A stretch of DNA of 61,502 bases, counting the filler, from Bdellovibrionota bacterium (GTDB lineage: Bacteria > Bdellovibrionota > Bdellovibrionia > Bdellovibrionales > JAEYZS01): the NCBI GenBank assembly GCA_963169515.1. It is 7 parts of 7 records of this genome, joined end to end, with 100 filler letters (N's around TTAATTAATTAA, not from the genome) between each part and the next. Parts side by side here need not be neighbours in the genome. Positions count along the whole stretch, not along the records: positions 1 to 13,196 come from CAUJEF010000155.1; positions 13,297 to 25,599 come from CAUJEF010000156.1; 5 more parts are not named here. One strand, written 5' to 3'. Numbering within the stretch: the stretch's first letter is position 1; every line of letters starts with the position of its first letter. A model generated the notes under the pieces. That model did not search any database, had not been told where the DNA came from, and was given only the letters and a program-made list of their open reading frames with translations. This document shows positions 9,276 through 18,476 of the stretch, piece after piece. Made by a program: the position numbers and the translations under genes.

Positions 9276-9756
9276 GCAAGCTGCTGCAACCGTAGAGTCA
9301 ATCCATTTAAATTTGTCTAAACGAAAAGAAACTCTCTCCGTTGCTGAAAGCTGTACAGGAGGTCTAGTTGCGGCCCATCTTACAGAAAGACCTGGAATTT
9401 CAGAGGTTTTTTTAGGAGGCATTGTCTCTTACGGTAACGATATTAAGCGGGATCTTTTGCACGTTTCTGGGCGTGACTTGAAAGAGCATGGTGCCGTGAG
9501 CCAGACGGTCGCATTAAAAATGGCCAGGGGGGTGCGAGAGCAGTTGAAAAGTGATTGGTCCGTTAGTATTACTGGTATTGCAGGTCCGGGGGGCGGAACA
9601 CCAAACAAGCCAGTAGGCACTGTATGGTTCGCGGTTGTTGGCCCGAATCTTGAAAAGACCCATGAGAGGCTTTTCAAGGGAGATCGAACAACCATTCGCA
9701 GATCAAGCGTTCAGTTCGCCCTTGAGTTTTTAGATCAACAAATAAAAATGGGCTAA
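9259..9756 (+). CDS. cinA: CinA C-terminal / PncC NMN deamidase
   Basis: [24 protein letters not shown]; sits between pgpA and recA. Confidence 0.9.
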   Translation: MGFLIEQAAATVESIHLNLSKRKETLSVAESCTGGLVAAHLTERPGISEVFLGGIVSYGNDIKRDLLHVSGRDLKEHGAVSQTVALKMARGVREQLKSDWSVSITGIAGPGGGTPNKPVGTVWFAVVGPNLEKTHERLFKGDRTTIRRSSVQFALEFLDQQIKMG

Positions 9757-9788
9757 TTCGCCCAACAGAGAATCAAGGAGAAATTTCC

Positions 9789-10877
9789 ATGGCTATACAA
9801 ACAGCAAATACCGACAAACAAAAAGCTCTTGAGCTTGCATTGTCCTCTATCGAAAAACAGTTCGGTAAAGGTTCGATTATGAAGTTAGGTGACGACTCAA
9901 CGCCTAAAAACGTCCCTGTGGTAAGCACGGGTTCGTTGGGATTAGATATCGCACTGGGCATCGGAGGCATTCCCCGCGGTCGCATTGTTGAAATTTACGG
10001 ACCAGAATCTTCTGGCAAAACAACACTTGCGCTTTCAACTGTAGCACAAGTTCAAAAAACAGGCGGTACTGCCGCTTATGTGGATGCCGAGCACGCACTT
10101 GATATTGGATATGCAAAAAAACTAGGCGTCGATATAGAAAATCTTTTGGTTTCTCAGCCGGATACAGGTGAACAAGCTCTGGAAATAGTAGACACGCTTG
10201 TTCGTTCAGGTGCCGTTGACATGATCGTCGTTGATTCGGTTGCTGCGTTAACCCCACGGGCAGAGATTGAGGGTGAAATGGGGGATAGCCATATGGGCCT
10301 TCAAGCGCGATTGATGTCACAAGCGCTAAGGAAACTGACAGGTTCAATCAATAAATCAAATACAACCGTAGTTTTTATTAATCAAATTCGCATGAAAATT
10401 GGCGTGATGTTTGGTAACCCGGAAACTACAACCGGCGGAAACGCATTGAAATTCTATGCATCGGTTCGGTTAGATGTTCGCCGAGTGGGGGCAATTAAAA
10501 ACGGTGAAGAGGTTACGGGAAGCCGTACAGCAGTTAAGGTTGTAAAAAACAAAATGGCGCCCCCATTTGCAAAATGCGAGTTCGACCTAATGTACAATGA
10601 GGGTATTTCTTTAGTCGGTGAAATTGTTGATGCTGCCGCCGAAAAAAATATCATTGATAAATCAGGAGCGTGGTACAGTTACAATGGCGAGCGTATTGGT
10701 CAGGGACGTGAGGCCGCAAAAGAATATCTGCGCGCAAACCCACCGTTAATGGAAGAACTTCGCACAAAGCTTTTGGAAAAAGCCGGTGTATTGAAAACGG
10801 CTGCACCAAAAGCAGAAGATTTGAAGACACCGACAAAAGATATTTCGAAAGAAATGGATAAAAAGAAAAAACATTAA
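9789..10877 (+). CDS. recA: Recombinase A
   Basis: [43 protein letters not shown]. Confidence 0.99.
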   Translation: MAIQTANTDKQKALELALSSIEKQFGKGSIMKLGDDSTPKNVPVVSTGSLGLDIALGIGGIPRGRIVEIYGPESSGKTTLALSTVAQVQKTGGTAAYVDAEHALDIGYAKKLGVDIENLLVSQPDTGEQALEIVDTLVRSGAVDMIVVDSVAALTPRAEIEGEMGDSHMGLQARLMSQALRKLTGSINKSNTTVVFINQIRMKIGVMFGNPETTTGGNALKFYASVRLDVRRVGAIKNGEEVTGSRTAVKVVKNKMAPPFAKCEFDLMYNEGISLVGEIVDAAAEKNIIDKSGAWYSYNGERIGQGREAAKEYLRANPPLMEELRTKLLEKAGVLKTAAPKAEDLKTPTKDISKEMDKKKKH

Positions 10878-10902
10878 ATTAATTACCTGTCGTGGTCGTT
10901 TT

Positions 10903-10941
10903 AAAAATTGTGTCCGAAGACGCACTTCGGACACAATTTTT
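10903..10941. terminator. Intrinsic (bidirectional) terminator after recA
   Basis: 17-bp perfect IR AAAAATTGTGTCCGAAG / CTTCGGACACAATTTTT with 5-nt loop. Confidence 0.8.
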
Positions 10942-10950
10942 GGCAATTTA

Positions 10951-10988
10951 AAGATTATCATGGAGAAGAATGGCTGCGTCACAAAGTC
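10951..10988 (+). repeat. 38-bp direct repeat, copy 1
   Basis: AAGATTATCATGGAGAAGAATGGCTGCGTCACAAAGTC; 35/38 identical to 11741-11778. Confidence 0.9.
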
Positions 10989-11081
10989 AGTGCCTTTTAG
11001 GCCGTTGTTTGGAGTAGAATCCTTCCCTTGTTGACCAATTAATGAGTTTGATTTCTACTTCCAGCGTATAAGGGGAAGACA

Positions 11082-11603
11082 ATGAAAATTGCATTTATTT
11101 TTGTTTTTTTGTTTGGGCTCAAATCCTATTCTGCCACCGAACCAGTAAATTATTCTCCTAGCGAGTGTCGGCAATACTGCAGTGATAATAGCGGCGGTTG
11201 CTTAGATTTGAATAGGCCACCAATGCTAATAGCAGCAGGGTCAATTTTTAGATTAGTTGAGCTTGTACAATCTTCCCAAGGTGGTTTAGACAACGCATGT
11301 AAACAAACTATTCAAATTGAAAATACGCATTTCAGATTCTCAGGACCAAGTTGTACAACTGCTCGTTTCGAAGCGACTCTTAAAATGCCTGGCAATACGC
11401 GAGGTCAAATCGAATACGATCATGATAATTTTTTAGTTCTGAGTTTTACCCAAGATAGTAGCGCCCCCATGTGGGAGCTGGCAGGCTTAGAGTATCCGAG
11501 CGGTTTTAATCCAATCAAATATGTGACGTTGGAGAAGCGAAACGGTGAAGATCGGATAGTTTGGTTTGATGGCTATTGGTGCTATTCCGTAAAAAAGAAC
11601 TAA
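11082..11603 (+). CDS. Hypothetical secreted Cys-containing protein
   Basis: AAGGGG RBS, signal-peptide-like N-terminus, 173 aa. Confidence 0.7.
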   Translation: MKIAFIFVFLFGLKSYSATEPVNYSPSECRQYCSDNSGGCLDLNRPPMLIAAGSIFRLVELVQSSQGGLDNACKQTIQIENTHFRFSGPSCTTARFEATLKMPGNTRGQIEYDHDNFLVLSFTQDSSAPMWELAGLEYPSGFNPIKYVTLEKRNGEDRIVWFDGYWCYSVKKN

Positions 11604-11740
11604 CCCAAAAACCCTAATGATTTGCCAACAGGAAGGTCAGTAATTTTATGATATCTGAGTTGGCTCTCACGTTAACTTCACATATTTTTTGTTAAACAAG
11701 CTGGAAGATCAGACATTTCAACATTTAATCCTTCAGCAGC

Positions 11741-11778
11741 AAGATTATCATGGAGAAGAATGACTGCGTTATAAAGTC
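11741..11778 (+). repeat. 38-bp direct repeat, copy 2
   Basis: AAGATTATCATGGAGAAGAATGACTGCGTTATAAAGTC. Confidence 0.9.
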
Positions 11779-11793
11779 GTGAGCCGGTTTTAA

Positions 11794-12774
11794 TCAAACT
11801 CGAAATTTCTCTGGTTCGTTAGGATCTGTGAGTTCTTCGAGTGAAAATGGGATCCGTTCAATAAATATTTTTTTGCGTACTGGACAGTCGCTTACATCGC
11901 AGGCTTCGCAGTAGGCTTGTCGACACGGGTCAACGTGAAAATGAATTTCGCCGTCACTGTAGTATTCTTTAATAACCGATTTTTCAAACCGACTTGTTTC
12001 GTTGTGTGCCTTTTCAACGTCCCAATATTCAGGAACCACGACATGGGCGTCTATATGGTGGTAACTTCCAGAGCGAATGACCCGAGTATGGTGGATGCGA
12101 ATAATCCCCGGGAAGACGTGCTTTTGAAAAAGGGCACCAACCTTTGTAATAACCTCAAAATCTTCTTCGTCCATTAAGCCACCCATGGACTGTCGAACGA
12201 TCTTATAGCCAGAGTAAAGCAAAACTGCCCCATACACCAAGGCCGTTATGGGATCGAGCCAGTTTAGGCCCGTAAGGGTCACTAAAAAAAGACCAAGGAT
12301 AAGCCCCACACTTGTCCAAAAATCTGAAAGAATGTGTATTCCGCTTGCCGTTAGTGTCAAAGAATTTAGTTTTTTCCCTGTCCGTAAAATGTAAAGCCCT
12401 AATATGCCGTTTGCAACTCCGCAGCCAGCAATGATCAAAAGACCGTCGCTTAACCGATCAAGTTCAATCCCTTTGATCAGGGCGCGGATCGACTCATAAT
12501 AAATTGCAATGGCCGCGAAAGTAATAAGCCCGCCCTCGAACGCCATAGAAAAGTATTCTGCTTTACCATGACCATAGGGGTGATCGCGATCTGCGGGTTT
12601 AATCGATATGCGCAGAACAATAAGAGCCACAATTGCCGCAACGACGTTGACGATACTTTCCAAGGCGTCAGACAAAATCGCTTTTGATTCTGTCATGTTG
12701 AAGGCCCAAAATTTCAAAAGCATCAAGATGGAGCCAACAATGATGGAGATCCATGCGGTTTTAATTCTTTCCAT
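11794..12774 (-). CDS. Cation diffusion facilitator family transporter
   Basis: SDALES, KPADRDHPYGHGKAE, HILSD, six TM segments, Cys-rich tail. Confidence 0.92.
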   Translation of the reverse strand: MERIKTAWISIIVGSILMLLKFWAFNMTESKAILSDALESIVNVVAAIVALIVLRISIKPADRDHPYGHGKAEYFSMAFEGGLITFAAIAIYYESIRALIKGIELDRLSDGLLIIAGCGVANGILGLYILRTGKKLNSLTLTASGIHILSDFWTSVGLILGLFLVTLTGLNWLDPITALVYGAVLLYSGYKIVRQSMGGLMDEEDFEVITKVGALFQKHVFPGIIRIHHTRVIRSGSYHHIDAHVVVPEYWDVEKAHNETSRFEKSVIKEYYSDGEIHFHVDPCRQAYCEACDVSDCPVRKKIFIERIPFSLEELTDPNEPEKFRV

Positions 12775-12789
12775 GTCGGCATTATAAAC

Positions 12790-13196
12790 TTAAGGGCACC
12801 CCTGCGCAACCGTCGATCGAATATAATTTGTGATTCCGGATAGATCGAGATGTCGATTACCCATAACGAAATTGCTTGGGAAAGATTGTATCGATGCGCT
12901 TGATAAAATAACTTCTTCAAGTTGCGCAGGCGTTAATTCACGGTTTGAGTAATCTCGTAACATTTCTAAGGCAAGGGCGCCGGCACCTGCGGCAATTGGG
13001 GATGCCATAGAGGTGCCATACATATACCCATATCGGCCACCGGCTAGTGTCGATAACAACCCAGCAGGAGTTTGTGAGTCACAACCAGGCACGGCGAGTT
13101 CAACATACGTAGAACTGGAGTTTGAAAATGAACATTTTGAATTTATATAGGAAGCATTGCTTGCGCCAATAGAAAACATTCCGTAAATATACGCCG
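12790..13196 (-). CDS. Subtilisin-like S8 peptidase, 5' partial
   Basis: ELAVPG and catalytic GTSMASP motif; cut by contig end. Confidence 0.85.
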
Positions 13197-13296
13197 NNNN
13201 NNNNNNNNNNNNNNNNNNNNNNNNNNNNNNNNNNNNNNNNTTAATTAATTAANNNNNNNNNNNNNNNNNNNNNNNNNNNNNNNNNNNNNNNNNNNN
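13197..13296. other. Artificial contig linker
   Basis: N44-TTAATTAATTAA-N44 (stops in all six frames). Confidence 0.99.
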
Positions 13297-13495
13297 TATA
13301 TTACGGTAAAACAGTAAAGAATTATCTTAATTCTCGTCCATAGCATCGAGAACTGCGCCCCAAGCCATCATACAGTTTTATGAAAATTTTCATATAAATT
13401 CTTAATTCAAATTTCTTGCCAACTGAGCCAGAAACATGCCACCATCATCGTCACGACGCCTCTATTACTGGCTTACTTTTTAATGAAACCATAAA

Positions 13496-13690
13496 ATGGA
13501 TGAATCAGATTTCGAAGGCACATTAGTTTTGGAAAGACTCGCAGAAATTGGAAAAATTGAAGCATTTTTTGATGCTATTGATTCAGACGATTTTAAAAGA
13601 GCAGTATCATTATTGAAACTTGCAAAGATAGATGCTGAGACAATTGCGATTGTGTTAAAAAAGATGGCCGCTGCTGACACAGATCACTAG
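13496..13690 (+). CDS. Small hypothetical protein (64 aa)
   Basis: Protein-like helical composition; co-oriented with the DUF1653 gene. Confidence 0.6.
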   Translation: MDESDFEGTLVLERLAEIGKIEAFFDAIDSDDFKRAVSLLKLAKIDAETIAIVLKKMAAADTDH

Positions 13691-13737
13691 CCGGCTTAAA
13701 TGCTTGGTGAACTAAAATTGATATTGGAGAAAAAGCT

Positions 13738-13968
13738 ATGAAAAGTCAGGATGTCGTTAAGGGTGGAGTATATCAACACTACAAAGGCAAAAGGTATAAA
13801 TTAATAGACGTAGTTCGCCACAGTGAGACTCTTGAGGAATTAGTGCTCTATGAAACACTTTACGAAAATGAACTCGGAAGGTTATGGGTTCGACCCAAAA
13901 CTATGTTCTTAGAAAATTTGAGCGATGGTAGACCTCGCTTTAAATTTGTTGGGAATGACAATGTTTAA
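13738..13968 (+). CDS. DUF1653 domain protein
   Basis: GVYQHYKG...HSETLEELVLYETLY...WVRPKTMF...PRF; GGAG RBS. Confidence 0.9.
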   Translation: MKSQDVVKGGVYQHYKGKRYKLIDVVRHSETLEELVLYETLYENELGRLWVRPKTMFLENLSDGRPRFKFVGNDNV

Positions 13969-13975
13969 GCGTGGT

Positions 13976-14476
13976 CTATTTTGGGAAATTAACCAGCGGG
14001 AGAAGTAAAGTCATTGGCTCATCAATTAGAGGCGTAAATCCGTATTTCAAGTAAAAGTTTTTTGCTGAATCGTCTTTAGCATCAACCAGTAAGGCAAATA
14101 CGCCAATCAGTTCAGATGCAGTTTGAACCCTCTTCATTGCATCCACCATAAGAAGTTTTCCCAGTCCCTTGCCCTTTGTAGAGCCATCGACGGCTAATCT
14201 TCCCATCCTAGCAATGGGGACGGGATGTCTTGGTAATTTCTTTACTAAATTTTCTGGAAGTGAAGTTAGGTCAACCTCACCCATGCTCAAACTATAATAA
14301 CCGAGAACAACCTTGCTTTTGTCGCCACTAGATATTGCCACAAAGGTTTTATTGAATCCTACGGACTGATTTTGACGAGCTTTAGTTTTTAAAAAGTTAT
14401 TTAACTCCAAAGAGCCACAATCAAAGCTGTTTCGGTCAAAGGATTTATCAAGGGTGTGAAATTCAAAGCTGCTCAA
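13976..14476 (-). CDS. GNAT-family toxin (TacT/AtaT-like)
   Basis: FDCGSLELNNFL, GYYSL, GRLAVD, GKGLG, VDAK, FYLKYGF. Confidence 0.9.
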   Translation of the reverse strand: MSSFEFHTLDKSFDRNSFDCGSLELNNFLKTKARQNQSVGFNKTFVAISSGDKSKVVLGYYSLSMGEVDLTSLPENLVKKLPRHPVPIARMGRLAVDGSTKGKGLGKLLMVDAMKRVQTASELIGVFALLVDAKDDSAKNFYLKYGFTPLIDEPMTLLLPLVNFPK

Positions 14477-14482
14477 ATCAGA

Positions 14483-14782
14483 CTACTTTCGAGTTTGTTT
14501 TTCGTAGTCTTTGAAAGCCGCTTTCAGTGGTGCATTTGGAGCTTGAGGATTTGTAAGAGCTGACAGAAATAACTCAGCATCCCTTTTTGTAAGAGAAATT
14601 TTCTCAACTTCTGCTAGTTCTCTACGAGCTGCCTTAATAGAGTTTTGTAGCATGAAAGAACTAATGGTCAAACCTACAGCATCAGCCGCTTTTTCTATAA
14701 GCATCTTATCTGAAGGAGTAGACCTAATGTGGATAACGTCATCCTTTGAGCTTTCATTTTTTTTCTTTCTTGCAGTAGACAT
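14483..14782 (-). CDS. DUF1778 RHH antitoxin (TacA/AtaR-like)
   Basis: IHIR...IEKAA...ISSFM...ISLT...FLSALTNPQAPN; directly upstream of the toxin. Confidence 0.9.
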   Translation of the reverse strand: MSTARKKKNESSKDDVIHIRSTPSDKMLIEKAADAVGLTISSFMLQNSIKAARRELAEVEKISLTKRDAELFLSALTNPQAPNAPLKAAFKDYEKQTRK

Positions 14783-14820
14783 ATAAAACTCCTAGCCATC
14801 TAACTAAACCCATAATACCA

Positions 14821-14847
14821 AATTGTGTATTTATTGTATACACAATT
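14821..14847. promoter_or_regulatory. Probable TA autorepression operator
   Basis: AATTGTGTAT-N7-ATACACAATT perfect 10-bp IR about 40 bp upstream of the antitoxin start. Confidence 0.65.
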
Positions 14848-15025
14848 AAATAGCCATATAGTTTCATGTATTTAAGGTTACTTTTTCTGGAGAATAACAG
14901 TCCACCTTTGGCTTAAATGCTTGCCATATTGCAGTTTTATGAAAAATTGTCTCATCTTGGTACATCTAAAAAATATTTCTTAATCTTATTGTGAGTCATC
15001 TCCAGAAATGCCGATAAACAAGAAT

Positions 15026-17221
15026 ATGTCTTTGAAAAAAGTAAGTACATATCTGGCGATTTGCGGGCTCTTAACCTCACTCGTAGTGGGTTATCAAAAC
15101 TGCGCTCCTACACTGAAGGCAGGTAGTGATTCGGGTAGCAGTAGCCCCGTAATCCCAACAATAACGGACAACCTTTTTACACAAATATCGAGCGGCGACG
15201 GCCATGACTGCGTTCTTTCTTCCGATGGCAATGTCAAATGCTGGGGGAATAACAATTTTGGCCAACTTGGCAATGGCACACTCAACAGCTCCAGCATACC
15301 CATCGCAGCTCGAAATCTTTCGGGTATTGTCGAAATTTCAAGTTCCGGATCTTCCAACTGCGCCCTCAATATTAATGGAAATGTTCTATGTTGGGGAGCG
15401 CTCAATAACTCAAGCTTGCCAGTCGCCGTTCAGGGTCTCGCAGGGGCAAGGCAAATCGCAGTCAGTGGCCCCCACGCTTGTGCAATCACATCCCAAAATA
15501 CGGTTGCCTGCTGGGGAGACAACAGTTCTGGCCAGCTTGGCAATGGGACATTCAACAATTCAAACTCGCCCGTCGCAGTTCAAAATCTAACAGCAGTCAT
15601 GCAAATCACTGTGGGCGCCTCGCATACGTGTGCGCTCACCTCGCAGGGCACAGTTAAATGTTGGGGAAGCAATTATTCCGGCCAGCTTGGCAACGGAACA
15701 TTTAGCGGCTCAAGCGTGCCAGTCTCAACACAAAATCTATTGGGAATTAAACAAATAATAGCTGGCAGTTCCCACACCTGTGCCATCACCTCACAAGACA
15801 CGGTCATGTGCTGGGGCTACAATGGTGACATGGAACTCGGTAATGGTTCGGTACAAAACTCAAATGTACCAGTGACGGTACAAAGCGCGACAGGCATTAC
15901 ACAAATTGCCGCAGGCACTTCTCACGCCTGTGCGCTCACTTCTCAAAACACAGTGACCTGCTGGGGGCGCAATGCGAACGGACAACTTGCCGCTCCGGGC
16001 CTTTCAAATGTTCAACAAATATCAGCTGGCAGCGCTCACACGTGTGCACTCACTTCTCAAGGCACGATCAGCTGCTGGGGTCAGTTCATTACAATTGCAC
16101 CGTCGGTACCTTCCAATTGCGCATATGGAACCTCTTCACCAACATATACCACTGGCGTGAACATCACCCCCAACACTGTAAGCTGCAGCGGTGGAAGCGC
16201 CCCGACTACATTTTCTCTGCTAGGAATTCTTCCCGCGGGGCTTTCTTTTAATAGCGCGACTGGAACAATCAGTGGAACACCGACGGCCGCAAAAGCAACG
16301 ACATCTTACAGTGTGACCCCATCGAACTCGGCCGGAACAGGAGCTACGTTCACAGTCACAATCGACGTTGTATCTGGAGTAACCGTACCAACCGGCTGCT
16401 CTTATAATTCGCCTTCGCCAATCTACACGAAAGGCACCGCAATCCCTGCCAACACGGTCAGCTGCACTGGTGGAACTACACCAACCGCGTATTCGTTGGT
16501 GGGCACACTTCCTACAGGTCTTTCTTTCAACAATACAACAGGTGTGATTAGCGGAACACCGACCGCGATAAGGACAGCAACGGCCTACAGCGTGACCCCG
16601 TCAAACTCGGCCGGTAGCGGCGCTGCTTTTATTGTAACAATCACCGTAAATGATATTGCACCAAGTGCGTGTTCTTATAATACGCCAACAGCAAGCTACA
16701 CGGTGAACACCGCCATCACCCAAAACCCGATCACTTGCAGTGGCGGCCCTGTCGTAAGTTATTCCGTATCACCAACGCTACCATCAGGTTTAAGTTTAAA
16801 TACCACAACAGGCACTATCACAGGCACGCCAACCGTTGCCACGTCAGCCACCAATTACACGGTTACCGCTACTAATACAGGCGGAAGCTCCGCGGCCATC
16901 GTAAACATCACTGTTGGAACCGGAGTCACCGTGCCAAGTGGTTGCACATACAGTGTTACCCCCGTATTTTATACAGTAGGTGTGCCAATCACCCCCAACA
17001 CAGTCAGTTGCAGCAGCGGGAGCGCACCGACTGCATTTTCGATAGATATGACGCTCACGATTGGCCTTTCCTTTGACACTGCTACAGGAACTATTAGCGG
17101 TACTCCAGAATATCCTCCGCCTGCGATAACATATACGGTGACCCCGTCAAATTCAGCGGGCGATGGACCTGCATTTACAGTGAGAATAAACATTCGGCCA
17201 GGGCCAACCCCACCGCCATAA
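15026..17221 (+). CDS. Lipoprotein with RCC1-like propeller repeats and four putative Ig (He_PIG-like) domains
   Basis: GYQNC lipobox; repeated HTCA...CWG.N..GQLGNG; repeated LP.GLSF...TG.ISGTP; start moved to 15026 because ATG 15008 overlaps a GCCGATAA promoter-like element. Confidence 0.85.
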   Translation: MSLKKVSTYLAICGLLTSLVVGYQNCAPTLKAGSDSGSSSPVIPTITDNLFTQISSGDGHDCVLSSDGNVKCWGNNNFGQLGNGTLNSSSIPIAARNLSGIVEISSSGSSNCALNINGNVLCWGALNNSSLPVAVQGLAGARQIAVSGPHACAITSQNTVACWGDNSSGQLGNGTFNNSNSPVAVQNLTAVMQITVGASHTCALTSQGTVKCWGSNYSGQLGNGTFSGSSVPVSTQNLLGIKQIIAGSSHTCAITSQDTVMCWGYNGDMELGNGSVQNSNVPVTVQSATGITQIAAGTSHACALTSQNTVTCWGRNANGQLAAPGLSNVQQISAGSAHTCALTSQGTISCWGQFITIAPSVPSNCAYGTSSPTYTTGVNITPNTVSCSGGSAPTTFSLLGILPAGLSFNSATGTISGTPTAAKATTSYSVTPSNSAGTGATFTVTIDVVSGVTVPTGCSYNSPSPIYTKGTAIPANTVSCTGGTTPTAYSLVGTLPTGLSFNNTTGVISGTPTAIRTATAYSVTPSNSAGSGAAFIVTITVNDIAPSACSYNTPTASYTVNTAITQNPITCSGGPVVSYSVSPTLPSGLSLNTTTGTITGTPTVATSATNYTVTATNTGGSSAAIVNITVGTGVTVPSGCTYSVTPVFYTVGVPITPNTVSCSSGSAPTAFSIDMTLTIGLSFDTATGTISGTPEYPPPAITYTVTPSNSAGDGPAFTVRINIRPGPTPPP

Positions 17222-17261
17222 TCTACAAATTCAAATGTCAACTGCTCGAGTGTGATTTGAG

Positions 17262-18365
17262 CTAAAAAGCATAATCAACAGTTAAAATTGCCCTCAATAT
17301 CCCAGCTGTGGCGGTTGCATTAGTGTAATTTATATTTTTTTGTGAATTGCGCAGGTCATAACCAAAGGAATTTAGTTCATAGGCCAGGCTCATTCCGTAA
17401 AACCAAGTTTTGCTGTAGCGGTACTTTATTTCAGAGTAAAGGTTGAAATCATATTTGGGGGTGTAACTGAGCGCACCAGAATCCAAATTTACATAAAATG
17501 GATAATTAAAAGTAGCTGAAGCAAGAGCTTTCCATTTTTTCATTTCGTAAAAATAAGCTGCACCTGCAACATATCTAAGGGCTGATATTTTTACAAGCTG
17601 CATATTATTAGCGCCATCGACCGTTACAAGGGGTATTGATTGCTGACTCAGCCCACCTATCAGCCAAAAATGTCGACTGGAATTAATTAGACGGTATCGT
17701 GCCTCCACCTGTATTTGTGCCAAGCTTTGTTGGAGCGATTCCAATTCGAGCGCAAACTTAAACCACCAGTTGCGGTTTATATTTGAAGCCGTGATTCGTG
17801 GATTTAAAAAGCTGCTGTCAGAAAGTTTGCGTTCGCTAAATCCATTTGCGCTTGAAGTTTCATTGATTGAAACGAAACCGAGCCCCACACCCACTTCGTA
17901 CTTGGGTCTAAATTTTTTTATTTTCTTTTTAACGGGACGCTCAGAAATTTTAACATTCATTTGTACATTCTGTTCTGAAACGCCAAGAGTCAGCAGTAGG
18001 GGTTCGCCAGAGGTATTAAGATATTTGTCAAAAATGATCGGCAATTGGACAAGACCGTTTGGTAACTCTAAAACAAGTTCGAAATTCCCAACCTGATCGC
18101 TTTTTACAGACGACAATATCGGACGAGGCTTAAATTTCAAATTTGGATCCACTTGACGAATAATCTCAATATTATCAACGTCGACAAATACGGGAGTTCC
18201 CGGCTTTGTTTTACCATACAAATGCACGATGGAACATCCTGTGGTGGGGGACGCTTCAAGCGTTGGTTTATACCATATGCTTTTAATCGTCTGCGCGCGA
18301 GCTAGACCCGTACCGAGTACGCAAGCAATGCAAATCAAGGTGAAAATAATCAGTTTTCGCTGCAT
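17262..18365 (-). CDS. Hypothetical secreted protein with probable C-terminal outer-membrane beta-barrel
   Basis: Signal peptide, alternating beta-strand pattern, terminal DYAF. Confidence 0.6.
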   Translation of the reverse strand: MQRKLIIFTLICIACVLGTGLARAQTIKSIWYKPTLEASPTTGCSIVHLYGKTKPGTPVFVDVDNIEIIRQVDPNLKFKPRPILSSVKSDQVGNFELVLELPNGLVQLPIIFDKYLNTSGEPLLLTLGVSEQNVQMNVKISERPVKKKIKKFRPKYEVGVGLGFVSINETSSANGFSERKLSDSSFLNPRITASNINRNWWFKFALELESLQQSLAQIQVEARYRLINSSRHFWLIGGLSQQSIPLVTVDGANNMQLVKISALRYVAGAAYFYEMKKWKALASATFNYPFYVNLDSGALSYTPKYDFNLYSEIKYRYSKTWFYGMSLAYELNSFGYDLRNSQKNINYTNATATAGILRAILTVDYAF

Positions 18366-18476
18366 AAATTTATATTATTTCCGCTTACTGTAGGCTACAC
18401 CAAAGCGGCCAAACAGTAACGCGACTTTAGACCCTTTACTAATAAAAATAATTAACCGATTCGCTAGCGTAGGAGA

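Noticed and set aside
15180..17200. Internal DNA repeats as a CRISPR array or tandem repeat
   Set aside because: They are codon-level echoes of RCC1 and Ig protein repeats within one ORF; no regular repeat-spacer structure or cas genes
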